Position numbers and translations under genes: made by a program. A model generated the notes under the pieces. That model saw only the letters and a program-made list of their open reading frames with translations, had not been told where the DNA came from and searched no databases. A stretch of 64,000 bases of DNA from Candidatus Hydrogenedentales bacterium (GTDB lineage Bacteria; Hydrogenedentota; Hydrogenedentia; Hydrogenedentales; JAEUWI01), in assembly GCA_942492815.1 (NCBI GenBank), contig OW818658.1, forward strand, positions 3,862,059 through 3,926,058, read 5' to 3'. This document shows positions 17,081-26,459 of the stretch, in pieces. How positions within the stretch are numbered: position 1 is the stretch's first letter; each line of letters starts with the position of its first letter.

Positions 17081-18226
17081 TTATGGCTTGAGCGTGGTTG
17101 TGCTTTGGGGACGGCCAAAGAGGGGCGGCGCGGAAACACCGGGCTCAACCTCTCGGGGCGCGCGCCGGGCGGGCCCGTAGTCGCGATGGAAAGGTTCCGA
17201 AGCCACGTTTGGATTCCCGATCTGATCGGTGGCGACCCCGGCTGGAATGGACAGGGTAACGGGGCCCCGGTCCTGGCGCATGTCGATGATGAAGGTCTTG
17301 CCATCCGGCTCTGCGGAGAAATTGATCATCTTCCCATAGGCCACGGCGACATCGCCCCGCTCGAATCCCTGCACGGGCTCGCTGAACTCCGCGCGCACGC
17401 GAATGAGGCGGGCATTGCTTGCGCCGGGTGTCTCGAAGGAAGTGAGGGCGACTTCGGGGCCCGCGCTGTCCACCACAATCGAAAAGGCGGGCGAGGCTTC
17501 GTTGCCATTGCCGACGGCGTCGTACGCCACGTCTTCCGGGATCTGGAAAGCGATGGTGCCGTCCTGTGCGGGGGTAACGGAGAAGAGATAGATGGCGTCA
17601 CCATCGGCGCCCGCCTTGCGCTTGAGCTCGGCGTTTTCCATGGAAAGACTTTCGTCCTTCAACCCGAAGACGGGCTCGGAGAAGCCGAGCGCGATTTCCA
17701 TGGTGGCGTTGTTAACCACGCCAGCGGCCTCGCTGTGGACGAGACAGGTCGGGCGGGAACCATCGAAGACGACAACGCCGTCTTCGGCTGTGGAGGGGAC
17801 ATTGAGATTACCAAAGAGGTCGGCGCACAGGCCATCGGGAACGCTGACCTCGATGGCGCCGTCGTGCTCGGCGGAGAGGATGGCGACGCGATAGGTGTCG
17901 CGTGCGCCCTCGACGGTGTAGCGCAGCCCGGAGGCTGTGCCCGACATCACAATACCCGGCGCATTGGCCCCGGTGGGAAAATCCACCACGGGCTCGTCGA
18001 TCTTGATGTCGAAGTAGATGGGAAACTGATTAGTCGGATCGGGTTGGTCCGGAGCCTGCCGCACAACAATCTTCGGGCGGTCGTACTGGTTCAGAATCGC
18101 CGGGTTAGAGAGACGTCGATCATCCTTCTTTCGTTCCGAGCGCGTCTCGACGACGGTTACCGGTCCGGTCGGCCCCGGCTTACTCGTCGCTCCTGCGGGG
18201 GATCCAGGCCCGGATCGGTTTTTTTT
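17081..18226 (-). CDS. Ig-like repeat protein encoded in the -1 frame of tssM; probable C-terminal extension of TssM via frameshift/slippage at a poly-A(10) run (or homopolymer sequencing error)
   Basis: Frame is open from the TAA at 18227-18229 (inside the A10 run 18219-18228) down to the stop at 17081. It contains only a GTG (18064) with no ATG and a weak Shine-Dalgarno. Protein has three repeats of an Ig-like motif (VSVPDGLCADLFGNLNVPS / IAFQIPEDVAYDAVGNGNEAS / LSIPAGVATDQIGNPNVAS). Confidence 0.4.
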   Translation of the reverse strand, partial: KKNRSGPGSPAGATSKPGPTGPVTVVETRSERKKDDRRLSNPAILNQYDRPKIVVRQAPDQPDPTNQFPIYFDIKIDEPVVDFPTGANAPGIVMSGTASGLRYTVEGARDTYRVAILSAEHDGAIEVSVPDGLCADLFGNLNVPSTAEDGVVVFDGSRPTCLVHSEAAGVVNNATMEIALGFSEPVFGLKDESLSMENAELKRKAGADGDAIYLFSVTPAQDGTIAFQIPEDVAYDAVGNGNEASPAFSIVVDSAGPEVALTSFETPGASNARLIRVRAEFSEPVQGFERGDVAVAYGKMINFSAEPDGKTFIIDMRQDRGPVTLSIPAGVATDQIGNPNVASEPFHRDYGPARRAPREVEPGVSAPPLFGRPQSTTTLKP

Positions 18227-21200
18227 TTAATCTTCTTGCCGCCATAGCCCGGTCCCGTGCTCTCGGTGTAGGGTTCGGCGACCGCATCGCGACTCGCGGC
18301 CGGGGCCGAGGGCGCACCGATAATCGGAGGCTCGGGCGCGGCACCGTTCACGGGTTCGCGGGGCGTGGTAAAGGTCACTTCGGTGGTATAGAGCGGCCGC
18401 TCCGGTGCGGGCACGATCGCAGGCGGGCGCTTGATGGGCTCGGTGCGTACCGCGGGCATGGCGGGCTGCGGCGCGGGGGCCGGCGCGACGGGGGCCGGGG
18501 CAGGCGCGGGGAGCGCCTGCGGGAGGGGGCGCGTCATGACGGGCTGGGACTGGGGTGCCGGCGCGATTTCGCCGGGAAGGGTGTAGTCTGGTGCGGTGAC
18601 CTCGACGGCGGGCGCGTGGGCAATGTCCTGTTCGGGTTGCGGCGCGGCAGGCATTTCAGCCGGTACGGCTTCGGTCACCTCTCCCCCGCGAACCGGAGTG
18701 CTTGGGTTGTCCAGGGTAAACACGCGGGGCGATTCGGCCGCAGGCTTGTAGCTGTAGGCACCGTTGGGCATGGGAGCCGATCCGGTGGAGGACGGTGCGG
18801 CGATTGGCGCAGATTCAGGCGCGGGCAACGGCGTCACTTCCGGTGCCGGGGCCGGCGCAGGCGTGGACGGATCACCCGACCCCGTAATGAGGACTTCCTT
18901 GATCTTGTCGCTGATCTGAACGGATGTGGCGTTGGTCTGTACGGGTTCAGGGATCTCCGCTTCGCGAACCAAGGGCAGCAGGGGTGCTTCGGGATTGACG
19001 AATTGTCCACCTTCGGCGTCTTCGGGGTAGGACTCGCCCAGGGAGCGAGGCATGCGGCGAAGGCTGGGCCAATTGTAGGCCGAAGGCCAGCCCTTGAGAT
19101 CGGGGATCGGCTTGTTGAACTTGAAACCGAGCCAGTAGTAATACTCGCTGTCTTTGTGCTCGGCATTGTCCACCACGCGGAAGGGCACGGCGCAGGTCAT
19201 TTTGTCCTCAAGGACCACGGAATCACCCATGTGGAGGACGACGATGGGCAGCCAATCCATCTCCAGCCCCCCCACGCCGCTCGGGCGGGCGAAGCTGTTC
19301 ACACCGGGATTAAGATCCTCGGAGGTGTAGTAGAAGTGGAGGGCGAGCTTGTTGGACACGGGGGCCAGCGGATAGGTCTTGGCCGCCTCGCCCACCACGT
19401 AGGTCGTGGGTTCGGTGTTGAAGGCTTCGCCGTTGACGCGCATGTAGCGGTAGACCCAGGGGGCCGCGCCATAGACCTTGCTGGTGGGCATGGGCTCGGG
19501 GAAGCGCGGCGGGCGCTTCTCCTGCATTTCGCGCGGCAGAATCACCAGCTCGCAGGTCAGAGGCGTGTCGCCGCCGATAAAATCCATCACGGCCACGATT
19601 TGGTCGAACCATTCGCGCTCATACTCCGTGCGAATGACCTTGTCGCCCTGGAGGCGATCAATTTCCTTGTCCACGTCGGGCCAGCCGGTTCGCTCACCCG
19701 TCATCAGGGATTCTGCCTTTTCAGGCTTGGGCTGCTGCTTGATATGGCGCACGAGTTCCACGGCTTCGTCGAATTGCTCCGGCGTCAGGGGCGGCGTGGC
19801 GGTGTCGTTGATAAGGGGGAAGCCCCGATAGCGTGTGGCCAGATTGACGAGGTAGTAGCGGGACAGGTGCTCGCCCTCGTCGGCCAACAGACGAACGGCC
19901 TGGGTACAGAGGCTGCTCCAGAAGGCGAAGTTGGCCTTGTTCACACTGTTGTCGAGGAGCGAGAGGTAACCGCTCTTGAAGGCGTCCGCCTTCATGACAA
20001 GAAGATTGTTCACCACGTCGCGGTCGATCTTCTCGATGGCCTTCCATGCGTTGAGAATACGAAGGCACTCCGCGTCGAAGTCCTCACCCAGGCCCTTGAG
20101 CTTGAGGGTGAGGTCGAGGTGGGCGTCGGTCTGGCCCGGGTGGGTGTCGGGCACAATATCCACAGCATAAAGCGCGGTCTCGTAGAGCATGCGCAGCTTA
20201 TGGTTGACGTTGTACACCTCCAGATTGTTCAGCTCGGCGTGAAATTCCTTCCACGTGGCGTACTGGACCATTTCGGTGTTCTGGTCCACCATGCGCGACC
20301 AGTAGTTCACATACTCGGTGATGTAGTTGGTGAAGACCTGGTTCTTCTCCTTGAAACTGCGCTGGAGCCGGTCGATATCGGGCAGGGCGTCTTTGCCGAG
20401 CTTTTCCTGGCCGAGAATCTCCTTCATGTGGGACCAAAGCGTCAGAAGGTCGTAGACCACTTCGGTGTTGAAGCCGTCGTCGAACTGCTGCATTTCGCCG
20501 GTGGGCGTGAGGGGGATTTCGGGCTTCTCCAACCACTGGGCCTCGACGCGTGAGGCCACAAGACGGGCGAAGTCGGAGGTGTTGACCGGGAGCGCTTCCA
20601 CAATCTCGGCTACGACTTTGAAGCGCTGCTGGCGGTAGATCAGGGCCAGCATAGCCTCGGCCGCCTCACGACCGCTGTTAAAGCTGTCGGAGTTCGTGTC
20701 GAAATCGGCGATGTTGCGCACACTCTCGTCGAAGGCCTTCTGGAGCTCTTCGAGATCGAGGAGGTAGTCGAAGGGATCGTAAACATCCTCGCCCACCACA
20801 TAGTCCGACTCCTGAAGGAAGCCATAGACGTGGTTGCGCAACTGGTAGCCGCGCATGTCCTGGAAATCTGTCTTGGCGAGAAATTCGCGGTCGGCGCGGA
20901 GCGCGTCGAAGTCGGCGAGAAACTTTTCGGCCGACTGGGCCACGAGGGCATCGGTCGAGGTCTTGTCCGCGGCGAGGCGGTTCTTCACGTCTTGAATGTG
21001 CAGGCCCGTTTCGTCCTCTTTGATGGGCACGACCTTGTCGAGCTCCTGCGTGAGGATTCGATAGTCCTGATTTACCTTGTCTTGAACTTTTTCTCGTTCG
21101 TCCTCGCAGAGCTTTTTTATATCAACTTCGCGATCGGTGAAGAGGCGAGCGATGACGTCATCCAGCGCTTTGCGCTTCACGGTGAGCTTTTCCACGTCTT

Positions 21201-23451
21201 CTCGCCATGATGCGAGGATGACATCGATCTCGTGAACACTGTTGGGGCTTCCACCTTCCTGGGCGTTCTTCCAGAGGAGGGATTCCGCGTCACGGAAATC
21301 GGTCAAGGCCGTGAGCAACGCGCGAAGGTCGGCAAAGGCCGCGCCTTCGGAGACGTAGGTGTCAATGTGCTTCTTGAACTGGGCCGTACCGCTGTCGACC
21401 GCCTCATGGAGCCGCTCTTTTGCGCCCGCCTCAAAGAAAATTCTCGGCGGCCAAGCCTGGGATGTGGGCGGGTCGTAGAGGTCTTTGACGTATTCATTGT
21501 AGAACTTGTCGTGCTCCGCGTACTGGGCTTTATCCTCGACAGCATAGGCCAGGAAATTGTTCAGCTCGACCTTGCGCCCCTGAGAGCCGAGGTCGGGGGC
21601 GAAGCCGTCCTCCGTCATGGCCTCGATGCGCAATAGTTGGCCAAGGGCCAGGGTGGCTTCGTCGCGCCAGACGGGCTCGTCCTTGATGATGCGATCCTGT
21701 GCCGCTACGGCGAGGGGCGCCACGTAGCGATACTCGAAGATGCTGCGGTAGGCATCGAGCATGTCGGTGCGGAGGCGGCGATTGACGAGATCGAAGGGCT
21801 TGAAAACCCAGGGCGTGTTGACTTCCTGAACCCAGTGGGTTTCCATGACCTCGGGCAACTTGGCCATGAGAACGCCGGAAGCGTACTCCTCGGGCAGCTT
21901 GAGTCCCGCCAGGTCCACATTGAGGTCGCCATTGTACTCATAGTCCACGCCGCTGCCGGGGGTGACGATTGCGTCGCTCTTGGCCAGCCAGGCGTTGACC
22001 ACGTTCCAGTTTTGGCGCATCTGTTCCATGTCATTGCGCCACTGGTTGGACTCCCACATCATGTAGGCAAAGAGGCACATGAGGAGGCCGAGGCAGATCA
22101 GTACGAGGCGGGCCCGGGAGCGCTTGCGCTGGTAGCGCGGATCCTGTTTCCACGTAACCAGCCCGCCCTCGCAGAAGACCTTGTCGTTCAGCATTTCCTT
22201 GAGAAAATAGCTGTCTTCGGTGTGGCGCGTTTCGGCGGCGGGCAATTCCGACAGGGGCTTCGACAGGGCTCTGGCCAGCGAGGGATCAAGCTCGGTGTCG
22301 CGCTGGATGGCCGAGGTGTAGTAGGCGCCGCGGAGGAAAAAGGTCGCGCAGTACCAGGAGTCCGGTTCGAAAATACGTTCGAGATAGGTGCCAAGCCGAC
22401 GGGCGGTCTGCTGAAAACTCCGGGGAAACTCGTAGAGGTGGTTCACCTGTACGCGGCGCTTGTAGGCCAGGCTCTTGGACTCGATGGAATATTGGAGCAG
22501 GGAATCGCGACGGTGCCGGAGGCGGTTGAACACGCCTTCCATATCGTTCCGAAACTTGTCCGGGCCGAAGGGTGTTTCCAGGGTATCGGGATTGGACCAG
22601 CCGAAGATCTGATCGCGGTTGCCACCTTCTTTCAGGTCGGAGAAGTACTCCAGAAAGCCGCAGAGGCGATCGCTCTTGGTAACCATGACGAAGACGGGCA
22701 CCTGGGTACCCAGGGCGCGATGAACGTTTTCAAAATGCTCCACGAGGCGCGCGGACTTGGTATTCACGTCCTCGTCGGAATCGGCCAGCAACGTTTCGGC
22801 GGAGATGGCGAGGATGATGCCGTTGAGCGGGCTCGCGGGACGAAAATCGGCGATGTGCTTGAGTAGGAGCTTCCACGCACGAGCCTCGGAGGCACCGCCC
22901 CGCCCAAAAAAGTGAGCGCCGGGCAGATCAAGGAGCACGGCCTTGTTGGTGATCCACCAGTCGAGGATCTGGGTGCCGCCCACGCCCTGGGTGGTGTCGG
23001 TGAGGCCTGCGGGGAAGCCGATGCCGCTGCGGCGGATGGCCTCGGACTTGCCGCAGCCTTTCTCCCCCACCACCAGATAGAGGGGCAGCTTGTAGGGATC
23101 TTTGCGGAAGCTGGCGAGATCGGCCACGCCCTTGTCGAACTTGCGGGCAAGCTCACGGCGGAATTCGTCGTCGGAGATGGAAGGGACTTCTTCTTCCGGC
23201 ATCGCTCCGTCGGTCGGGACTTCGGCGGCGGCTTTCTTCGCCCGCCAGCGCCGCCAGTTCTTCACACAAAAGTAGATGAGGCTGGCGATTGCAGCGATAA
23301 TGGCCAAAATCAAGAGGGGCTTGCGAAGCGGCTCTGGAAACCACGAGAATGCATCCGTGACCAATCCGAAAATCGCCATTACCGGGATGATCAGATATTG
23401 CCAATCCCCGATCTCTTCCATGAAGCCGTATACTTTGCTAATCGGATTCAC
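18157..23451 (-). CDS. tssM: type VI secretion system membrane subunit TssM (IcmF family)
   Basis: Two N-terminal transmembrane helices, cytoplasmic P-loop NTPase (VVGEKGCGKSE Walker A, VLLDLPG Walker B), third transmembrane helix (RLVLICLGLLMCLFAYMMW), long periplasmic IcmF-related domain, Pro/Ala-rich C-terminal region. Immediately downstream of tssL. Confidence 0.9.
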   Translation of the reverse strand: MNPISKVYGFMEEIGDWQYLIIPVMAIFGLVTDAFSWFPEPLRKPLLILAIIAAIASLIYFCVKNWRRWRAKKAAAEVPTDGAMPEEEVPSISDDEFRRELARKFDKGVADLASFRKDPYKLPLYLVVGEKGCGKSEAIRRSGIGFPAGLTDTTQGVGGTQILDWWITNKAVLLDLPGAHFFGRGGASEARAWKLLLKHIADFRPASPLNGIILAISAETLLADSDEDVNTKSARLVEHFENVHRALGTQVPVFVMVTKSDRLCGFLEYFSDLKEGGNRDQIFGWSNPDTLETPFGPDKFRNDMEGVFNRLRHRRDSLLQYSIESKSLAYKRRVQVNHLYEFPRSFQQTARRLGTYLERIFEPDSWYCATFFLRGAYYTSAIQRDTELDPSLARALSKPLSELPAAETRHTEDSYFLKEMLNDKVFCEGGLVTWKQDPRYQRKRSRARLVLICLGLLMCLFAYMMWESNQWRNDMEQMRQNWNVVNAWLAKSDAIVTPGSGVDYEYNGDLNVDLAGLKLPEEYASGVLMAKLPEVMETHWVQEVNTPWVFKPFDLVNRRLRTDMLDAYRSIFEYRYVAPLAVAAQDRIIKDEPVWRDEATLALGQLLRIEAMTEDGFAPDLGSQGRKVELNNFLAYAVEDKAQYAEHDKFYNEYVKDLYDPPTSQAWPPRIFFEAGAKERLHEAVDSGTAQFKKHIDTYVSEGAAFADLRALLTALTDFRDAESLLWKNAQEGGSPNSVHEIDVILASWREDVEKLTVKRKALDDVIARLFTDREVDIKKLCEDEREKVQDKVNQDYRILTQELDKVVPIKEDETGLHIQDVKNRLAADKTSTDALVAQSAEKFLADFDALRADREFLAKTDFQDMRGYQLRNHVYGFLQESDYVVGEDVYDPFDYLLDLEELQKAFDESVRNIADFDTNSDSFNSGREAAEAMLALIYRQQRFKVVAEIVEALPVNTSDFARLVASRVEAQWLEKPEIPLTPTGEMQQFDDGFNTEVVYDLLTLWSHMKEILGQEKLGKDALPDIDRLQRSFKEKNQVFTNYITEYVNYWSRMVDQNTEMVQYATWKEFHAELNNLEVYNVNHKLRMLYETALYAVDIVPDTHPGQTDAHLDLTLKLKGLGEDFDAECLRILNAWKAIEKIDRDVVNNLLVMKADAFKSGYLSLLDNSVNKANFAFWSSLCTQAVRLLADEGEHLSRYYLVNLATRYRGFPLINDTATPPLTPEQFDEAVELVRHIKQQPKPEKAESLMTGERTGWPDVDKEIDRLQGDKVIRTEYEREWFDQIVAVMDFIGGDTPLTCELVILPREMQEKRPPRFPEPMPTSKVYGAAPWVYRYMRVNGEAFNTEPTTYVVGEAAKTYPLAPVSNKLALHFYYTSEDLNPGVNSFARPSGVGGLEMDWLPIVVLHMGDSVVLEDKMTCAVPFRVVDNAEHKDSEYYYWLGFKFNKPIPDLKGWPSAYNWPSLRRMPRSLGESYPEDAEGGQFVNPEAPLLPLVREAEIPEPVQTNATSVQISDKIKEVLITGSGDPSTPAPAPAPEVTPLPAPESAPIAAPSSTGSAPMPNGAYSYKPAAESPRVFTLDNPSTPVRGGEVTEAVPAEMPAAPQPEQDIAHAPAVEVTAPDYTLPGEIAPAPQSQPVMTRPLPQALPAPAPAPVAPAPAPQPAMPAVRTEPIKRPPAIVPAPERPLYTTEVTFTTPREPVNGAAPEPPIIGAPSAPAASRDAVAEPYTESTGPGYGGKKIKKKTDPGLDPPQERRVSRGRPDR

Positions 23452-23457
23452 GCGCGG

Positions 23458-24183
23458 TTACTCCTGCACTACCGCGGTGGCGGGTTTGAGCATCTTGGCG
23501 GACTCGCCATCGGCGAACTCGGTAATGCTGTCCAGGGTGCGACGCAATTCTCCGGAGCTGGAGTAGTAAAGGTAAACGTTGGTCCCCAGGACGGCCAGAA
23601 TCGCCGCGATGAGGGCCCAGCGCACGTGCTTGTAGCGCTTCAAGGGGCGTGTGGCCAGGGGCTGTTCGTCGATGTGCTCGTAGGCCGTGGGGGTCAACTG
23701 CGCGGAGAGCTCGAAGCGATCGCCGAAGGCCTTCGCGTCCATGTCGCTGTGCAACTGGCGGATGTATTTCCAGTCGTCGCTGTAGCAGCCGGTAAAGCCG
23801 AGGCGGAGGCATTCGCGGAACACGGTGAGCTGCTGGAGGGCGACCTCCGTGTTCTGCGCCAGGGTCTGCTCCAGCAGATCGAAAAACTGCTCGTCACCGG
23901 CGAGTTCCTGTTCGTCGAAGGCCAGCTCCACCCATTCCTGTGCGATGTTCAGGTCGCTTTCCTTGATCATGAAATCGACATAAAAAATGAGAATCAGATT
24001 GATGGTGCGGTCGTACTGGTAGGCCAGTGAAGGGTGGGCCTCCGCCTTGATGCGGATGTCGGCGAAGATGCCGATGATCTCGCGCCGCACCTGCTCGACG
24101 TCAAACTCCGTCTTGTGCTCCGCCGCGCGGGTAAGGCAACCCACGTAGAGGAAAAGGGGCTCGGTCAGTTGCACCAGGTTCAT
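23458..24183 (-). CDS. tssL: type VI secretion system protein TssL (DotU family), C-terminal single transmembrane anchor
   Basis: DotU-like cytoplasmic domain (MNLVQLTEPLFLYVGCL...IIGIFADIRIKAE...) and one C-terminal transmembrane helix VRWALIAAILAVLGTNVYLYY. Position between tssK and tssM. Confidence 0.8.
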   Translation of the reverse strand: MNLVQLTEPLFLYVGCLTRAAEHKTEFDVEQVRREIIGIFADIRIKAEAHPSLAYQYDRTINLILIFYVDFMIKESDLNIAQEWVELAFDEQELAGDEQFFDLLEQTLAQNTEVALQQLTVFRECLRLGFTGCYSDDWKYIRQLHSDMDAKAFGDRFELSAQLTPTAYEHIDEQPLATRPLKRYKHVRWALIAAILAVLGTNVYLYYSSSGELRRTLDSITEFADGESAKMLKPATAVVQE

Positions 24184-24186
24184 GGC

Positions 24187-25563
24187 CTACTCCCCCACGT
24201 CGCTGTAGGTGGTGTAGAGGGTGAACTTGTAGTCCACGGGCTCCGACACGGTGAAGCGAATGGCCATGGTGTTTTCCACGATGATGCGGCGCCAGAGGGC
24301 GCGGTTGTCTTCGGGGTCGATACGGAAATAGTGGAGGCCGGGCTTCGCGGGGAGATCCAGGGGCACTTCGCGCTCTTCGCGCAGGGTCAGGCCGCGCACG
24401 CGCTGGTGAATGTTGCTCTTGGCCATGGCCTTGAAGCGGTCCTGTGCCTCGACGAGCTTGACGAGGGTCCGGGGATCCTCCTCGGTCTCCACCGCGAGAA
24501 AGCAGACGGAAGCTTCGGTGAGATTGACGACGGTAAGCTCGGCGACGTAGATTTCATCTTCCTCGCGGAATTCGACCCGGCGGAATTTCTGGTTGGCGAT
24601 GAGGGCGAGCAACTCGCGGATCTTGTCGCTCAACTCGCGGAACACGACAGCGGGCCGGTCGTGGTCGTAGGCGGCCACTTCCATGGCGTCGTAGCCCGGC
24701 ACGAGGGTGGCCAGTTCGCCGAGCAGGTCGCGCAACTCCAGATACATGTCAAAGGGTGTGATGCCGGGTGCCTTGATGAGGGTGGACAGGCGGCCGCTGA
24801 ACTTGTTGAGGGTCTGGAGGAAGAAAATGTGCTCAGACTGAAACTTCGACTCGCGGGAGGTCTCGCCCCGGGTACCGCCCCGGGAGACGCGGGTCACGAG
24901 ATCGCGACGGTTGGCATCGACCTGGTTCGAGAGATCGCGAACGATGGCCATCAGCGGTGCGTAGCCATGGAGCAGTAGACACGGTGGAATAAAAAGGGGA
25001 TCGAGACTCGGCAGGCCCGCGCTATCGGCGGTGGACCTGGTGATCCGCACGAGGGGGAGCACTTCCAGGCCGCCGATGTCGTCGGTGCTGAGGAGCAGGC
25101 GCGCATTGATGCGGCGCACGAGCATGGGGTGGGAATGGACCCCGGTATTCTCGTCGGGCCGCTCGATTTCATTGAGTTTGTAGATGCGGCGGCTCTTCCA
25201 GCCCTCGTTGCCCTCGGCGGTAACGACGTTTGCGCCGTTGGGGTCCCAGAGCGGAACGCCTATCATGACGGTGACGGATTCCGCGCCCGAGTCAAAGACA
25301 TTCTGCAGGTTGAGCGGGGGCACATCCGCGCTGGAGGGATAGTCGACCTCCGTTCCGCTGGGCATGACCACGCGGAGCTGCTTGAACTGGACGAGTAGAT
25401 TGCGGAGGGCGTCCTCGGAGAGTTCGGATTCGATGACGCCGTAGGGATAGGTAAAGCGCAGACGCCGCTCGGAGCGGATCTGGGTGATGATGTTCTGTTG
25501 CATCTGCTGCAGGTGATGGGGCTGGAGGAAGAGCCCTTCATGCCAATGGATATGCTGCGTCAT
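24187..25563 (-). CDS. tssK: type VI secretion system baseplate subunit TssK
   Basis: Canonical N-terminus MTQHIHWHEGLFLQPHHLQQ (TssK/VasE signature). Size 458 aa. Synteny with tssJ-like and tssL. Confidence 0.9.
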   Translation of the reverse strand: MTQHIHWHEGLFLQPHHLQQMQQNIITQIRSERRLRFTYPYGVIESELSEDALRNLLVQFKQLRVVMPSGTEVDYPSSADVPPLNLQNVFDSGAESVTVMIGVPLWDPNGANVVTAEGNEGWKSRRIYKLNEIERPDENTGVHSHPMLVRRINARLLLSTDDIGGLEVLPLVRITRSTADSAGLPSLDPLFIPPCLLLHGYAPLMAIVRDLSNQVDANRRDLVTRVSRGGTRGETSRESKFQSEHIFFLQTLNKFSGRLSTLIKAPGITPFDMYLELRDLLGELATLVPGYDAMEVAAYDHDRPAVVFRELSDKIRELLALIANQKFRRVEFREEDEIYVAELTVVNLTEASVCFLAVETEEDPRTLVKLVEAQDRFKAMAKSNIHQRVRGLTLREEREVPLDLPAKPGLHYFRIDPEDNRALWRRIIVENTMAIRFTVSEPVDYKFTLYTTYSDVGE

Positions 25564-25642
25564 CGTGGTCTTTCTCTATCCAGGAGCGGGTCGCCTTCGG
25601 GGGCGATCCGCCGGTCATCTCGCATGCCTTCCGCGCACGAAC

Positions 25643-26284
25643 TCATTGCCGCCGCTGGGTGGTTTCGCAAACCAGTCCGCTGGGTTGAATCACTACGCTC
25701 AGGGTCTTGGTACGGGGCGTGAAAAATCCATTGGGCCACGCGGTCCTGTCCAGAGGCAGGGCGAGCACCGAGCGGGTCTGCACCAGCTCCGGGCTTTCTC
25801 CCGGCTTTCGAGGCAGGTTGGCGATTACATACACGGTCCGAGCGCCCTTCCGTTTCCAGTCGTCCCACTGCTTGCTTCGGCGGGACAGCTTCTTGGGCGC
25901 GGAATCCTGATTGGTGAATCGGGAACTGAAGGCGCCGACGCCCTGGCGATAGGGGTTGTTCGTATCGAAGTACTCGCCGACCTTCATGGTTTTCATGATG
26001 CCGTCTTCGGATGCGTTCGCGGCGAAGACATCCACATCGATGGAGGGAAGTTCGCCGGTCTTTTCGTTGCGGAAGGTGTCCACGTCCATGGTCAGTTTCA
26101 CGTTGAAGGCGTCGCGCTTCTTCGAGGCGCAACCGGGCATGCCGGCCAGGACGACCAGCACGGCGAGCGACAACAGCGCGCGAGAAAGGCCCGCGCCCAG
26201 TCGGGCAAACGCGGCCCCACCGGCCCGTGTATTCGCAGCTAGAGCCCAACGATACAACACGTTCTCCTTCGCATTATTCTGCAC
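25643..26284 (-). CDS. tssJ: lipoprotein, probable T6SS TssJ-like subunit
   Basis: Lipobox LAGMPGCAS preceded by a hydrophobic h-region. Small beta-rich mature domain. Located directly upstream of tssK-tssL-tssM, as tssJ usually is. The true start is probably internal to the listed ORF, because the N-terminal 30 aa precede the signal h-region. Confidence 0.5.
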   Translation of the reverse strand: MQNNAKENVLYRWALAANTRAGGAAFARLGAGLSRALLSLAVLVVLAGMPGCASKKRDAFNVKLTMDVDTFRNEKTGELPSIDVDVFAANASEDGIMKTMKVGEYFDTNNPYRQGVGAFSSRFTNQDSAPKKLSRRSKQWDDWKRKGARTVYVIANLPRKPGESPELVQTRSVLALPLDRTAWPNGFFTPRTKTLSVVIQPSGLVCETTQRRQ

Positions 26285-26459
26285 GATCTGCGTCCGTCCG
26301 GGCGCCTGTCACCGACGCCGACACCGGACCCCGCCCACACCTCAGGGGAAACGGGACCCAAGCCCGTTTCAGCCCGTTACCCAAGCCCTTGAACCATCCC
26401 CATGGTACACATCCGGCGATAGGCCATGTCAAGGCAATTCTCCAACTTTCGCACCATTC

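Noticed and set aside
18616-24978. Series of long + strand ORFs (18616..20553, 21637..22866, 22912..24030, 24034..24978)
   Set aside because: All are antisense to tssM/tssL/tssK, which carry unmistakable family signatures. Translations are low-complexity Gly/Ala/Val/Arg-rich.
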